Assembly: GCA_018266175.1 (NCBI GenBank)
Contig: JAFEAY010000003.1
Span: forward strand, 168,642 to 232,641
Length of the DNA: 64,000 bases
Source: Candidatus Babelota bacterium
Lineage (GTDB): Bacteria; Babelota; Babeliae; Babelales; RVW-14
Reading direction: 5' to 3'
Shown piece by piece: positions 31,081 through 41,794 of this stretch. Each line of letters begins with the position of its first letter. Within the stretch, counting starts at the first letter, position 1. The notes below the pieces were generated by a model that was not told the origin of the DNA, made no database searches, and saw nothing but the letters and a program-made list of their open reading frames with translations. The translations under genes and the position numbers were made by a program.

Positions 31081-31610
31081 CAAAAGCTTAAAAGCGCAAT
31101 TATTTGGCTTAAAAGACTTTTTTGTTTTTCAACCATATTTTCACGGCCCTCAAAGAGCAAAATGCCGTGGTTACCGTGCCGCGTATTCCACATGCAACAT
31201 GATGGGTTATTCAAGCCAAGCGTTTTGCCCAAATTTACTAATCCTTCTTGGCTGCATTGGTCATGGTTACGAGTAATACTTGCATGGTTAAACTGCTTTA
31301 TTTGTTGATGAAACTGCCCACTGGACATATCGTGTGCAAACGAATAAGGATCTTGCCAAACATCAGCTTTGTGCAGGCTGCATTCATCCTTGCAAAAACC
31401 GGCAACTCCTCTGAGTGAGTCAAAGTCTGGATTGTCGACAAGGTACACTGCTTTGTTGAGTCCAAAATGCGAATCATGGCCTAATTCATGTAATATCAAC
31501 GGTGAAAGCTCATCAACTTCATGAAGCTGCAAAATACGTTGCGGCAGCCCGACTAGACTGTTGAGTAACGTTTGATCATGATTAATTTCATCATGATTAA
31601 TTTTCTTCAT
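31077..31610 (-). CDS. Hypothetical protein (177 aa), no recognised domain
   Basis: ORF with a 4-nt convergent overlap with the upstream gene. His/Cys-rich, no signal peptide. Confidence 0.45.
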   Translation of the reverse strand: MKKINHDEINHDQTLLNSLVGLPQRILQLHEVDELSPLILHELGHDSHFGLNKAVYLVDNPDFDSLRGVAGFCKDECSLHKADVWQDPYSFAHDMSSGQFHQQIKQFNHASITRNHDQCSQEGLVNLGKTLGLNNPSCCMWNTRHGNHGILLFEGRENMVEKQKSLLSQIIALLSFC

Positions 31611-31781
31611 GGAATGCCCTCTCCTTTGTTATCCCTTTTTTTTTCGCTTTCTATTTTTTACCATACCCCTTTTTATTCGGTACGACAAGAAAGCGAAAAA
31701 TCTGGCGCAAGGAGATATTTTCCTTACGCCAGATTTAAAAGTATCACAAGTAAGAGTATGAATTATAGTTACAACTATTTA

Positions 31782-33089
31782 TTACTCGGTGTCCATTGCA
31801 ACAACATCTTGATGAACAACCAGAGGATATTCTACCTGGGCAATACCGACATCGATAATTTCCTGAGAAATTCCTGCCTCACGTGCCACGGAAATGAAAG
31901 CATCTTTTGTAACCTGACCCGTAACAACAAATTGTTGGTAGGCTTCTACAAGCTTATTGATTGCCAGTTCTTTGACAATCTCTGGTTTAACAGCATAACC
32001 AGGCTGACTCAATGTGCCATCAAATGCCGCCTCTGAGCGAAAACTCATAAAAATTCCTTGCAAATCTTCAAGTGCTTCTCCCCTTAAATACTCAGGATAA
32101 TCTGGATGAATCCAGCCGTTTTTACCACGAAAATCCATTCCAAACCGTATTCGCGTTTCTCCAAGTTGAATGAGAGTATCTCGAACTTCATTGCCAAGAA
32201 TTTTATTAAGCGCGATAACCGCTTCTTCCAAACGGCCAACATATTCCCAATCAGTTGCACATTGCTCAAGAACTTTGCACTGTATAGCAACAGCTCCAAG
32301 CGGTTGAGTGAGTAAAGTTCGTGCTTTAAGCAACCCAAGGTCTTCCTTAAGAAAAAGATTAATAATATCTTCTGCAATGGGTTTTTTTGTCTCACAATAA
32401 TGCTTATAATGCTTATAATTTTTTTTACTATCAGGGACATAACCCGAGTCGTGAAATGTCAAACAATACTCTTTGCCTAATTGAGCCTCATCTGAATCAG
32501 ACTCATAAGCAGTAAGTACCGCTGTTACCCAGTGAAACGTACCAACCTGTTTTTCATCACGAGCATCTCCCGTGTTAATAATAAAAGCTTGAGGTTGTTT
32601 ATCGGCTTGAAATTTTTCTATACGTGCCAATAACGCAAGACTTAATCCATGGCCTTGCGCTAATTGAGAAATTTGATTCTTTGAAGCAAAAACGGTAACG
32701 TTATTGGCTGCTTGCACACCATCTGCTACTTGTTCAGCATGAGATGCTGGCAATAAATCTGTTCGAACCAAATTATGAACTAACAAATCAAGCTCTTCAA
32801 CCTGTAAGTTATCAATAGATTGCGCAAGACGGCTTTGACGAACTATGACTTCCCAGCCCTTAAGATATTCCTTAAACAGATCTGCATTACGACGATTATC
32901 TTTCCCAAGAGTTAGGCTGCACAATGCGTTCCACAATGCGTAGTATGCGCAATGAAGACCGTGACCTCTTTGATCCGCTTGTTTCAAGCTAGCTCTAACC
33001 TCTGTATCAATAACTGGTGATGCAAAAAGTGCATTGCTCGCAAGAGCAAAAACTAGCGCAAGAGCAAGAAATTTACTTATTTTATTCAT
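31782..33089 (-). CDS. Exported papain-like Cys-His-Asp protein, paralogue 1 (putative deubiquitinase-like peptidase)
   Basis: Signal peptide FLALALVFALASNALFA. Conserved blocks shared with the paralogue: GHGLHCAYYALWNALC (candidate nucleophile), VGTFHWVTAVL (His) and LTFHDSGYVP (Asp). C-terminal module LAINKLVEAYQQFVVTGQVTKDAFISVAREAGISQEIIDVGIAQVE. Confidence 0.6.
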   Translation of the reverse strand: MNKISKFLALALVFALASNALFASPVIDTEVRASLKQADQRGHGLHCAYYALWNALCSLTLGKDNRRNADLFKEYLKGWEVIVRQSRLAQSIDNLQVEELDLLVHNLVRTDLLPASHAEQVADGVQAANNVTVFASKNQISQLAQGHGLSLALLARIEKFQADKQPQAFIINTGDARDEKQVGTFHWVTAVLTAYESDSDEAQLGKEYCLTFHDSGYVPDSKKNYKHYKHYCETKKPIAEDIINLFLKEDLGLLKARTLLTQPLGAVAIQCKVLEQCATDWEYVGRLEEAVIALNKILGNEVRDTLIQLGETRIRFGMDFRGKNGWIHPDYPEYLRGEALEDLQGIFMSFRSEAAFDGTLSQPGYAVKPEIVKELAINKLVEAYQQFVVTGQVTKDAFISVAREAGISQEIIDVGIAQVEYPLVVHQDVVAMDTE

Positions 33090-33118
33090 AATATATTCTC
33101 CGATTTATACAATTACTC

Positions 33119-34582
33119 TTAATCAGTAATAACGTTAATGTTATTGATCACTAAAGGATCTTCAACTTGAGCAATGCCAGCATCGATAATTTCATGAGAA
33201 ATTCCGGCCTCATGAGCAACTTGAATGAAAGCATCTTGTGTAACCTGACCAGTAACAACAAAATCTCCATACGTTTTTGCAAGTTTATTGATTGCAAGTT
33301 GTCGCGCACATGCTTGAAGCGTGCCAATATGCACATTAAGCTCTTCAAATTGTGTCCAATTGGGATCAAGAAAAAGGCTCTTTAGTTGAGCTTGCATCAC
33401 AGGAATAGTTTTACGACGAAGAAACTTTGCATAATCATTATTGTCTATTCGTTTCGCACGGCGTAAAGCCATTTTTGCATTCAATTCATTAAATCTGTCA
33501 GGAGCTGCTGCTCTAATGCAACAACGCACATAATCTTCAAGAAAATAAATGTACTCATCAGAATAAACATCACAACTCCAAAGTAAAATATCGTTAGAAG
33601 CATTGCTTATCTCTGCATATTGATCTGAATATACTTTTACTGCATGAAGCTGTGGGGTAAGCAAGCTTCGAGCGGTCAGCAGATCAAGATTTTCTTCAAC
33701 AAAAAGCGCGTGAATACTGTTTCCCATAGGAATTAATGATTTACAGTATTGATCAAAATCCTTTTTATTCTCACGACTTCGAGGAACATAACCTGAATCA
33801 TAAAATTTTAGTTCATAAGCAAATTCTTCAGTTGGTGCAGAATGAGGAGTAAGAACAGCCGCTATCCAGTGAAATGTACCAACCTGTCTTTCATCACGAG
33901 CGCTTCCTGTGTTGATAATAAAAGCTTGAGGCTGACTATCGGCTCGAAATTTTCTGATACGATCTAACAATGCAGGAGTCAATCCATGGCCAGTAGCTAA
34001 TTGAGCTATCTGATTCTTTGAAGCAAAAACGGTAACGTTACTCGCTGCTTGCACACCATCTGTTACTTGTTCAGCATGAGATACTGGCAATAAAGTATCC
34101 TGTACAAGACGATTAACTAATAGATCAAGCTCTTCAACCTGTAAATTATTAACTTCACTCGGTAAAATTGGCCCCCTGAATATGTTCACAAAACAAGCTT
34201 CTTGCGGAGCACGTCTTTGAAAAACAATATTCTCCCAAGTCTCAAGATGTTTGTTAAAATCTTCTCGATGAGTATTTTCACCTTGAAAATCAGGATTCAC
34301 ACCACATAACGCATTCCACAATGCGTAATATCCGCAGTGAAGGCCATGACCTTCGTAAGAGGCTTGCTTTAAGCTTGAATTACACCCCATCTGAGTGCCA
34401 TTCACCTCAATTTTTGGCTGCTTTACGTCGTCACGAACATCAACATCGCTCCGCGATCGCTTGCGCGAAGCTTTTTTGCCTGCTTGGCCATCTTGACCAT
34501 GCTCAGACTCCATAGAAAAGAGAGCATTACTCTGCGCAAAGAGCATCACCATAACAACAAAAAAATTACATACTTTATTCAT
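33119..34582 (-). CDS. Exported papain-like Cys-His-Asp protein, paralogue 2
   Basis: Start at the ATG at 34582 (GGAGG upstream). MNKVCNFFVVMVMLFAQSNALFS, HGLHCGYYALWNALCG, VGTFHWIAAVL, KFYDSGYVP. The C-terminal module is nearly identical to paralogue 1. Only 29 nt separate the two genes. Confidence 0.6.
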   Translation of the reverse strand: MNKVCNFFVVMVMLFAQSNALFSMESEHGQDGQAGKKASRKRSRSDVDVRDDVKQPKIEVNGTQMGCNSSLKQASYEGHGLHCGYYALWNALCGVNPDFQGENTHREDFNKHLETWENIVFQRRAPQEACFVNIFRGPILPSEVNNLQVEELDLLVNRLVQDTLLPVSHAEQVTDGVQAASNVTVFASKNQIAQLATGHGLTPALLDRIRKFRADSQPQAFIINTGSARDERQVGTFHWIAAVLTPHSAPTEEFAYELKFYDSGYVPRSRENKKDFDQYCKSLIPMGNSIHALFVEENLDLLTARSLLTPQLHAVKVYSDQYAEISNASNDILLWSCDVYSDEYIYFLEDYVRCCIRAAAPDRFNELNAKMALRRAKRIDNNDYAKFLRRKTIPVMQAQLKSLFLDPNWTQFEELNVHIGTLQACARQLAINKLAKTYGDFVVTGQVTQDAFIQVAHEAGISHEIIDAGIAQVEDPLVINNINVITD

Positions 34583-34654
34583 GATAAACCTCCACAAGTT
34601 CAGAATTATAACCTGACCTAGTTTACCACGCCCAAAACATGTTTTCAAATGGCA

Positions 34655-36091
34655 TTATTCCTCAAAAAGTGCAACCATTCGCTCAAGCGTCATTCCACGC
34701 GATCCTTTGACCAGCACGAGCGCTTTGCTCTGCTCTAGGCTCGCCTGTAAAATCTGGGCGGCACCTTCCCAGGAGGGAACAAAATTAATAGAAAGATAGG
34801 CAGGGGCTGTTTTGGCAATCAGCTTTGCCCGCTCACCCACCAAAATGAGGCTATCTAATGAAGAGGATTTATTGAGAAATCGACCAATTTGACGATGCCA
34901 ATAAGCCTCCTTATCACCTAGTTCAAGCATATCACCAAGAACAGCAACCTTGCTCCCAGGACTTTGCATCTGATCAAAGGCGGTCAAAGCAGCCTTCATG
35001 CTTTCAGGATTGGCATTATAGCAATCACTAATAATGAGACCACGGTCATTTTTGATTTTTTTTGTCTGGAATCGATTTTCAAACGATTTATATTCACCAA
35101 GAGCCGTCACGAGCGTTTCAAGCGGGATGTCGAGAAAATAAGCAATGGTACTTGCCGCGAGTGCGTTATTTACCAAACCTTGATGGTTCCCCTGCAAAAG
35201 CACCTCAGCCTTTTTACCAAACCACTTGAGCGTAAATTTTGAACACAAATTCCCCTGCGCATCCTGGACAACGGTAACCCGTCGTGCTTGCACCTGGTTA
35301 CGCATTTTGAAACCAAACTTTGCAATCGGGTGACGATAAGTAACCGACGTTAAAAACTCTTGGTCACCAAAAACAATCCCAATATTTTGTGGCGTAAAAT
35401 AATTAAAAAGCTGTCGCTTTTGCGCAGACACCTCAGCAAGCGACCCAATATGCTGCACGTGTGAATGTGCTATGCAAGTAATAATTCCCATCGTTGGACG
35501 TAAAATATCTGCAAGCTGATCTAAGACACCCTTATGATGAAGGCTCACCTCAAAAACACCGACTTGCACATTGGCCGGCATACGTAAAATATTTGCGCAT
35601 AGACCAAGAACCGTATTTTGATTTTTGTGTGAAACATAGGCAATTCGCTGCGCAGCAGCAAAAATAACCCGCAACATTTCTTTGGTCGTGGTCTTACCAA
35701 GAGAACCGGTAACACCAATAATAGGACAGGTAAATTGCTGTCGCCATGCTTTTGCAAGATCAATCAAAGCCTGAAGCGTATCGGCAACCGTGATCACCAG
35801 CTTATTGCGCAACGCGTCGGCATATTGCGTTTTAATTGTGTTATAAGAATCGGAAGTAATAAGCAACGCACAAGCACCACGCTCAAGCACCTGAGTAATG
35901 AAATTATGCCCATCAACTTTATTACCCGCAAGAGCAACAAAAAGATCGTTTTTTTCAACCTCACGACTATCAAAACTCACGCGAACTTCTTGGTTATTCA
36001 ACTCAAATGACTCAGCTTGTACATGAACACCATCAATCCATAATGTTGCATACGGAAGTGCTGCTTGTAAAAAAATTTTGCTTAATACCAT
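34655..36091 (-). CDS. murF: UDP-N-acetylmuramoyl-tripeptide--D-alanyl-D-alanine ligase
   Basis: Mur ligase P-loop GVTGSLGKTTTKEML, SDCYNANPESM, and LGDMLELG near the C-terminus. Confidence 0.9.
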   Translation of the reverse strand: MVLSKIFLQAALPYATLWIDGVHVQAESFELNNQEVRVSFDSREVEKNDLFVALAGNKVDGHNFITQVLERGACALLITSDSYNTIKTQYADALRNKLVITVADTLQALIDLAKAWRQQFTCPIIGVTGSLGKTTTKEMLRVIFAAAQRIAYVSHKNQNTVLGLCANILRMPANVQVGVFEVSLHHKGVLDQLADILRPTMGIITCIAHSHVQHIGSLAEVSAQKRQLFNYFTPQNIGIVFGDQEFLTSVTYRHPIAKFGFKMRNQVQARRVTVVQDAQGNLCSKFTLKWFGKKAEVLLQGNHQGLVNNALAASTIAYFLDIPLETLVTALGEYKSFENRFQTKKIKNDRGLIISDCYNANPESMKAALTAFDQMQSPGSKVAVLGDMLELGDKEAYWHRQIGRFLNKSSSLDSLILVGERAKLIAKTAPAYLSINFVPSWEGAAQILQASLEQSKALVLVKGSRGMTLERMVALFEE

Positions 36092-36192
36092 GAAATCCCC
36101 ACAATGACGATCAATTCAGCTATCCTACTTAACGACAATATGAAGGACAACTTACGTGTTCCATGGTATTTGTCAAGATCGTTTGGCAAGCT

Positions 36193-38706
36193 TTAATGCA
36201 ACACCTTGCGGGGCTTGCTTCCTTGCGCCGGCGCAATAAGCCCATCAAGTTCTAATTTTTCAATAATGCGTGCTGAGCGATTAAACCCAATACGATATTG
36301 CCGCTGCAACATTGAAATCGATATTTCATTAACCGACTTAAGAAATGTAATCACCGAATCGTACAACTCATCTTCCTGCTCATCAGAAGAACCTGTAGTA
36401 CATCTACTTAGCTCTTCGTTCAAATCCAAATACTGCGGTGCCGCCTGAGCACGCAAATAATGTGCAAGCCGTTCTATCTCCTGATCAGAAACAAAAGCTC
36501 CATGTACGCGTCGCAAATCGGGCGATGCAGCATTCATAAATAACAGGTCGCCTCGTCCCAAAAGCTTTTCTGCACCCGATGCATCAAGAATCGTACGCGA
36601 GTCTACCTTGGACGAAACACGAAACGAAATACGACTCGGAAAGTTCACTTTAATCAAACCGGTTACCACATCAACCGATGGACGCTGCGTTGCGACAATC
36701 AAATGAATCCCGGCAGCGCGTGCCATTTGCGCCAAGCGAATAATCTGAGTTTCAACATCGCGCGCTGCAACCATCATCAAATCAGCAAGCTCATCAATCA
36801 TCACCACAATAAACGGCATTGGCTCAAATTTATTCCCATCTTTGTCGCGCTTGCCCTCTTTTGCAAGTTTTTGATACTCAACCACACTGCGCACACCGGC
36901 TGCAGCCATCCGCTGATAGCGCTCTTCCATTTCAGACACCAACCATTTAAGGACGCCAGCAGCTTTGTGAGGCTGCGTCACAATAGGAAAAAGCAAATGA
37001 GGAATATCGGTATAGGGGGTAAACTCAAGCCGCTTCGGGTCAATGAGCACAAGCTTAAGTTCATCAGGCGTTCGCTTGCACAACAGGCTCACGAGCATTG
37101 CATTCATCCCAACCGACTTACCCGACCCTGTTGCACCCGCAACAAGCACGTGCGGCATACTTACCAAATCAAGCATCACCGGATTACCGGTGACATCAAC
37201 ACCAAGTACCAGCGGCAAGTAGCCAGCAAACTCCTCAAATGAAGGGGTACACAATGCCTGCGAAATAAAAATATCTTGCCGCGCCTGATTTGAAATTTCA
37301 AAGCCGACAACATTTTTTCCAGGAATGGGGGCGATAATACGAATACTCAACGCGGTTAGGACCATCGCAAGATCATCTTCAAGCGCAATAATTTTACTAA
37401 TTTTACTATCAATATCAGGCTTGTACTCAAACAAGGTAATCACCGGGCCTGGGGTGATTGCGGTCACCTGACCATTCAGGCCAAAGCGTGCTAATTTTTC
37501 TTCAAGCATTTTTCCACGCGCTGCGTACATATCCTGCTCATGCCCCACATCAACACTTTTTGGTTTTGCGGTAAAGGCATGCGCATCGGGCAAAATAAAT
37601 CGCTCATGTTGGTCAAGCGCTTGCACGGAACCAAGGGCAGCACACAGGTGATCGCACCACAACTCCCCATCGGATAAGCGCAAAGAAAAAGGGTTCACAC
37701 CGAGCACAGAATTTGGCAAACGGCGCAAAGGATATTTTCCAAACATGGTCGTAACGCTTGTGGTGCGCACCAATATTTCACCAAGCTCTTCACCGGTGCA
37801 TTCCAGTTCAAGATCAAGCGTGCTCTCAGCATCGTTCCCAGCATTCACCTCATCCTGCACAACCGGCTCAGAAAAATCAGTATGGGATGCTTGAGGCTCA
37901 GGCTTGTGGGCGTCAAAACCATAAACTTCTTCTTGAGCTTTTTGAGTGAAAATATGCTGACCGGCTGCATGTGCTGGCTCAAAAACAACTTGTATCACAC
38001 TGCGGACCGGCTTAATTTTTTGATACATTTTCTTGAGAATCTTCAAGCCAAAGCTGGCCGTTGTTTTGACCAGCGCATAGGCTTGCACACACAACCACCA
38101 ACAAAAATTCATAACCAGCAGGACACCTCGAGCAACAATATCAAAAAGCGAAATACGCGCAGCACACAAAAGCCCAACCCACAGTGTTGCGGTCAGCACA
38201 ATCAATGACCCTTGATACCCAAACAATGGACTGACCAGCAGATCAACTCCGTAGCCAAGCAGTCCCCCTGGCGCGCTGTACAAGGGGTCAACGCGCAACA
38301 CAGCACACAGACCTGCAGCTGCAACGCTTGAAGCAACAAGGCCTGCCAATCGTCCCCATCCTTCGCCAAGACTTCGGAGGGCAGGCCGTGATTCACTTGA
38401 TGATTGCCGACGAAACATTAATAGCGCACTCAGCACAAAAATTAATACAACAACATACGCCGAGCAACCAAATAAATAGAAGGCCAGCGCAGCACACTGT
38501 GCTCCAACGGCACCGCCCCAGTTACGGGGCACGGCAGGCTGTGTGGAAAAGTAAAAAAATGAAGCGTCCGTTGCGTGATACGAAATGAGCGACATAAATA
38601 GATAAAGTGTACTTGCGGCCAAAACAACGCCACAAACTTCTTTGGTGTAACGCGGTGATGGCGTTTTTAATGAGAGTTCTTTGAATAATTTTTTACGTGT
38701 GATCAT
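36193..38706 (-). CDS. ftsK: DNA translocase FtsK
   Basis: N-terminal multi-TM region, motor domain HVLVAGATGSGKSVGMNAML, VVMIDELADLMM, ATQRPSVDV, and a C-terminal gamma winged helix (LQRQYRIGFNRSARIIEKLE). Confidence 0.95.
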   Translation of the reverse strand: MITRKKLFKELSLKTPSPRYTKEVCGVVLAASTLYLFMSLISYHATDASFFYFSTQPAVPRNWGGAVGAQCAALAFYLFGCSAYVVVLIFVLSALLMFRRQSSSESRPALRSLGEGWGRLAGLVASSVAAAGLCAVLRVDPLYSAPGGLLGYGVDLLVSPLFGYQGSLIVLTATLWVGLLCAARISLFDIVARGVLLVMNFCWWLCVQAYALVKTTASFGLKILKKMYQKIKPVRSVIQVVFEPAHAAGQHIFTQKAQEEVYGFDAHKPEPQASHTDFSEPVVQDEVNAGNDAESTLDLELECTGEELGEILVRTTSVTTMFGKYPLRRLPNSVLGVNPFSLRLSDGELWCDHLCAALGSVQALDQHERFILPDAHAFTAKPKSVDVGHEQDMYAARGKMLEEKLARFGLNGQVTAITPGPVITLFEYKPDIDSKISKIIALEDDLAMVLTALSIRIIAPIPGKNVVGFEISNQARQDIFISQALCTPSFEEFAGYLPLVLGVDVTGNPVMLDLVSMPHVLVAGATGSGKSVGMNAMLVSLLCKRTPDELKLVLIDPKRLEFTPYTDIPHLLFPIVTQPHKAAGVLKWLVSEMEERYQRMAAAGVRSVVEYQKLAKEGKRDKDGNKFEPMPFIVVMIDELADLMMVAARDVETQIIRLAQMARAAGIHLIVATQRPSVDVVTGLIKVNFPSRISFRVSSKVDSRTILDASGAEKLLGRGDLLFMNAASPDLRRVHGAFVSDQEIERLAHYLRAQAAPQYLDLNEELSRCTTGSSDEQEDELYDSVITFLKSVNEISISMLQRQYRIGFNRSARIIEKLELDGLIAPAQGSKPRKVLH

Positions 38707-38810
38707 ACCAAGCCCCTTTCCCCAAACAAAATCAAATCCCTTTTACAGAGTACATCATTTGATGAGGAGAAAATAAGACTTTGAATTTTCAAGCTTTTTT
38801 GTGTCGATAA

Positions 38811-39704
38811 TTACCCTACCATCAACCACACCAACAGACCAATTGGCACAATCATATACAAACCAAACATCGACATTTTGCGTGCAAGCACAATACGGTG
38901 TGCAAGCACAAAGAGCGCATAGGCAACAATGGTTGAAAGCAGCATCGTGACGATCAACGCTGGGGTAAAAATTTCAAACCACTCAGGGTGTTTAATCAAC
39001 TCACCCACGCCATTAACCAAAAAACCTGCAATCACCAAGGGAATAAAAATCACAAACGATGCCTGAAAGGCTCGGCGTGGTGGGTAGCCAAGAAGACGCG
39101 CCGTTACAAAGTTTATTGCAAAACGAGAAATTCCCGGCACCAGCGCAAGCCCTTGAACAAAGCCTAAAATAAGTGCTGAGTTGATAAAGCCAAGAAAATT
39201 TTTATTGTTATCGTTGTATTTTTCATGAACCCACAACGCCGCAAACAACAACATCGTTACACAAAAACCAATCAGTAAAATTTCTGAATTAGGCATAATC
39301 CCCTCCTTCGCCAAGGCTACGGCGGGCAAGCCAAACTTAAATAACAACTTTCCAATACTGTACACACCAACCGAAACAACATCAGCAACAAACGCCCATG
39401 AAATAACATGCATCGCCAAACGCACACCGCGCTGCTGAGAATCAGAAAGTTTGCAACCACGCACTGCAGCTGCAAGTGCTCCAGCACAACGCTTTACAAC
39501 CGGCCACCATGATGAAAAAAAGAATGTAAGCAGCACAACAAGTGTTGGACCATGCAGAAAGTGGTCGAAGTGCTCAGGAAGTGCATATGAAAAATTGTTG
39601 AGCTTTTCGCAGAGCATACTTGCAAGCATCATATGCCCCGAACTGCTTATTGGCAGCGACTCCAAGCAAACCTGTACAATCACAACCAAGAGTAACTCAT
39701 TCAT
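38811..39704 (-). CDS. uppP: Undecaprenyl-diphosphatase
   Basis: ESLPISSSGH motif, multi-TM profile, and PGISRF (PGxSRSG-like). Confidence 0.85.
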   Translation of the reverse strand: MNELLLVVIVQVCLESLPISSSGHMMLASMLCEKLNNFSYALPEHFDHFLHGPTLVVLLTFFFSSWWPVVKRCAGALAAAVRGCKLSDSQQRGVRLAMHVISWAFVADVVSVGVYSIGKLLFKFGLPAVALAKEGIMPNSEILLIGFCVTMLLFAALWVHEKYNDNNKNFLGFINSALILGFVQGLALVPGISRFAINFVTARLLGYPPRRAFQASFVIFIPLVIAGFLVNGVGELIKHPEWFEIFTPALIVTMLLSTIVAYALFVLAHRIVLARKMSMFGLYMIVPIGLLVWLMVG

Positions 39705-40189
39705 TTAAAAATTCCTTTCGTGAAAAATCCTTGCATTTGCACAACAGATCCTGCTACCTTCAATGTATCTAACAATGTAACATAGCTCCTTGAGCAACAA
39801 AACAGTCTTATACCACCCTAAGAAAAAAAACTTGATATCTGCCCGCATGTTCGCTAACCTATCAGCGTTGTTATAGTCGATGCGCCTGATAAGCGCGATA
39901 GATTGAAATGAAATACACGGTCAACACACTGCAAATTGGTTGGTATTAGTAAGTAACAACAACAAAAGAAGAGAGGAAAGGAGGCTGGAACACACAAGTA
40001 TCTTGAAGCTGATGATCAATCATTTAAAAATATTCACGGCATTTTGCCTATCTCCTGTACACACTGACGCTGCTACAGTCACACTTCATCACAGACGCAC
40101 ATAATTTTCTGTACCTTGTCCTTGTTTTTATGGCAGGAGGGTAACGCAAAATGCACACGTTTAAAGCTGAAATTTGTGGAGAAAAGAGT

Positions 40190-41665
40190 ATGAATAAAGT
40201 AATCAAGGGCTTATTAGTTGCGATGCTCGCAGTAAGCGCAACAGTTCAAGCAAGCACAAACAAAACATTTTTATTGCCTCGTTCACATGGCGTCAACCTT
40301 CCAATGGAATTGAGCACATTTAACCAGCTCGTTCATCGTAAAGCGGCCGATAAATTTGGCGCTAATTTTCAAGCAGTAGGCTTTTTTAGCCGTACAGCAG
40401 ATGAAGAGGATACTGGAAAATATTTTGGTATTAAAAACAAAAACACATTTGCTTTACAAAAGGCAGCAATAGTTGGTGCCGCATCAACAACCGATGCAGA
40501 TCTTGGCTTCTTTGTTCACGAATTTGATAATGCAACCATCGGTAATGGCACCAATGCAAGCGTGAACTTACACCCAAAACAAGAAGCATGGGGCGTTCGC
40601 TTTGACTATTTTCAAGATTTAGAAAAAATCGTTAAAGGTCTTTACCTCAAAGCAACCGTGCCTGTTGTTCATGTTGAAAACAATGTTGAACTTAAGGTCA
40701 CAAGCCCTGTTGCAGCTGCACAAACAGGACTCCAAAACTTCTTGCAAGGTAAAGCAACCGGCATTGCTGGAGCTGAAAATGTCCAAGTAGCTCTTGATCA
40801 CATGAAGATGGATGGCAAGAACGACTCAACCGGTGTTGCAGACATCGACGTTGTGCTTGGCTACAACTTCTTGAACAAAGATTGTCACCATGTTGGCATT
40901 AACATCGGTTTCACCATCCCAACCGGTGATGAAGCTGACAGCGTGCACGCTTTTGAAGCAATTGTTGGTAACGGCAATCACTGGGCATTTGGTGCTGGCT
41001 TAGATGCAATGTTCCGTGCATGGGGTAATGAAGATCACAACGTTAAAGTAACCGCTGCGCTTAACTACCGTTATATGTTCAAAGAATCAGAAAAACGCAC
41101 CATGGGACTCAAAGATGTTCCAGGATTTGCTGCAGGATCAGTTGACTGGGGACACTATGTGTTGCTTGCACAATTTGATAAACCAATTGCAAATGGAGTA
41201 ACACCAGCTGCAAACGTCACAACATTTAATGTTGATGTTACCCCTGGTAGCCAACTTGATGGCGTTATTGCACTTGCTTACAACAACGGCGGCTTGTGTG
41301 TAGACTTTGGTTATAACCTCTTCTGGAAAGATGACGAAGAAGTTAAGCTCAAAGCTGCTGACATTACAGCTATCGATGCAGCCAAATACGGAGTTGCTAT
41401 TAGAAACTTTAATGCAACAACACCCGGAAACGTTACAGCTGGTAGTCTTTTAAATGGAGCTACACTCACCTCCAAAAACATCGATACCCATGCAGCCCAA
41501 ACAGGTTCACAAGTTACGCATAAAATCTTTGCGGCACTTGGCTACATGTTCACAGAATGGGAATGCCCACTCATGCTCGGTGCTGGTGGCGGCTACGAAT
41601 TCCGTGGCTCAAACGATGCACTTGAAAAATGGGAACTCTGGCTTAAGCTTGGCATTGGATTCTAA
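40190..41665 (+). CDS. Outer-membrane beta-barrel protein, paralogue 1 (family not named)
   Basis: Start at the ATG at 40190 (GGAGAA upstream). Signal peptide LLVAMLAVSATVQA. Shares NKTFL.PRS.GVNLP, YGNGNHWAFGAGLDA and FGYNLFWKD with the ORFs at 43753 and 50821. Ends in an aromatic residue (LKLGIGF), as is typical of beta-barrel OMPs. Confidence 0.65.
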   Translation: MNKVIKGLLVAMLAVSATVQASTNKTFLLPRSHGVNLPMELSTFNQLVHRKAADKFGANFQAVGFFSRTADEEDTGKYFGIKNKNTFALQKAAIVGAASTTDADLGFFVHEFDNATIGNGTNASVNLHPKQEAWGVRFDYFQDLEKIVKGLYLKATVPVVHVENNVELKVTSPVAAAQTGLQNFLQGKATGIAGAENVQVALDHMKMDGKNDSTGVADIDVVLGYNFLNKDCHHVGINIGFTIPTGDEADSVHAFEAIVGNGNHWAFGAGLDAMFRAWGNEDHNVKVTAALNYRYMFKESEKRTMGLKDVPGFAAGSVDWGHYVLLAQFDKPIANGVTPAANVTTFNVDVTPGSQLDGVIALAYNNGGLCVDFGYNLFWKDDEEVKLKAADITAIDAAKYGVAIRNFNATTPGNVTAGSLLNGATLTSKNIDTHAAQTGSQVTHKIFAALGYMFTEWECPLMLGAGGGYEFRGSNDALEKWELWLKLGIGF

Positions 41666-41685
41666 TCCAGTCCACTTACTCACGA

Positions 41686-41720
41686 ATTCAAAAAGGGTCG
41701 GCAGCAATGTCGGCCCTTTT
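41686..41720 (+). terminator. Rho-independent terminator of OMP1; copy 1 of a duplicated 34-nt sequence
   Basis: attcaaaaagggtcggcagcaatgtcggcccttttt forms a hairpin with G-U pairs followed by a T-run. It is repeated at 42576-42615. Confidence 0.65.
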
Positions 41721-41794
41721 TCTTTTGGTTAGGAAAACCTACAAATCACTCTCCCGCGCTCCTATTTGGCAAAGCGCTCCTATTTGGCAAAGCA

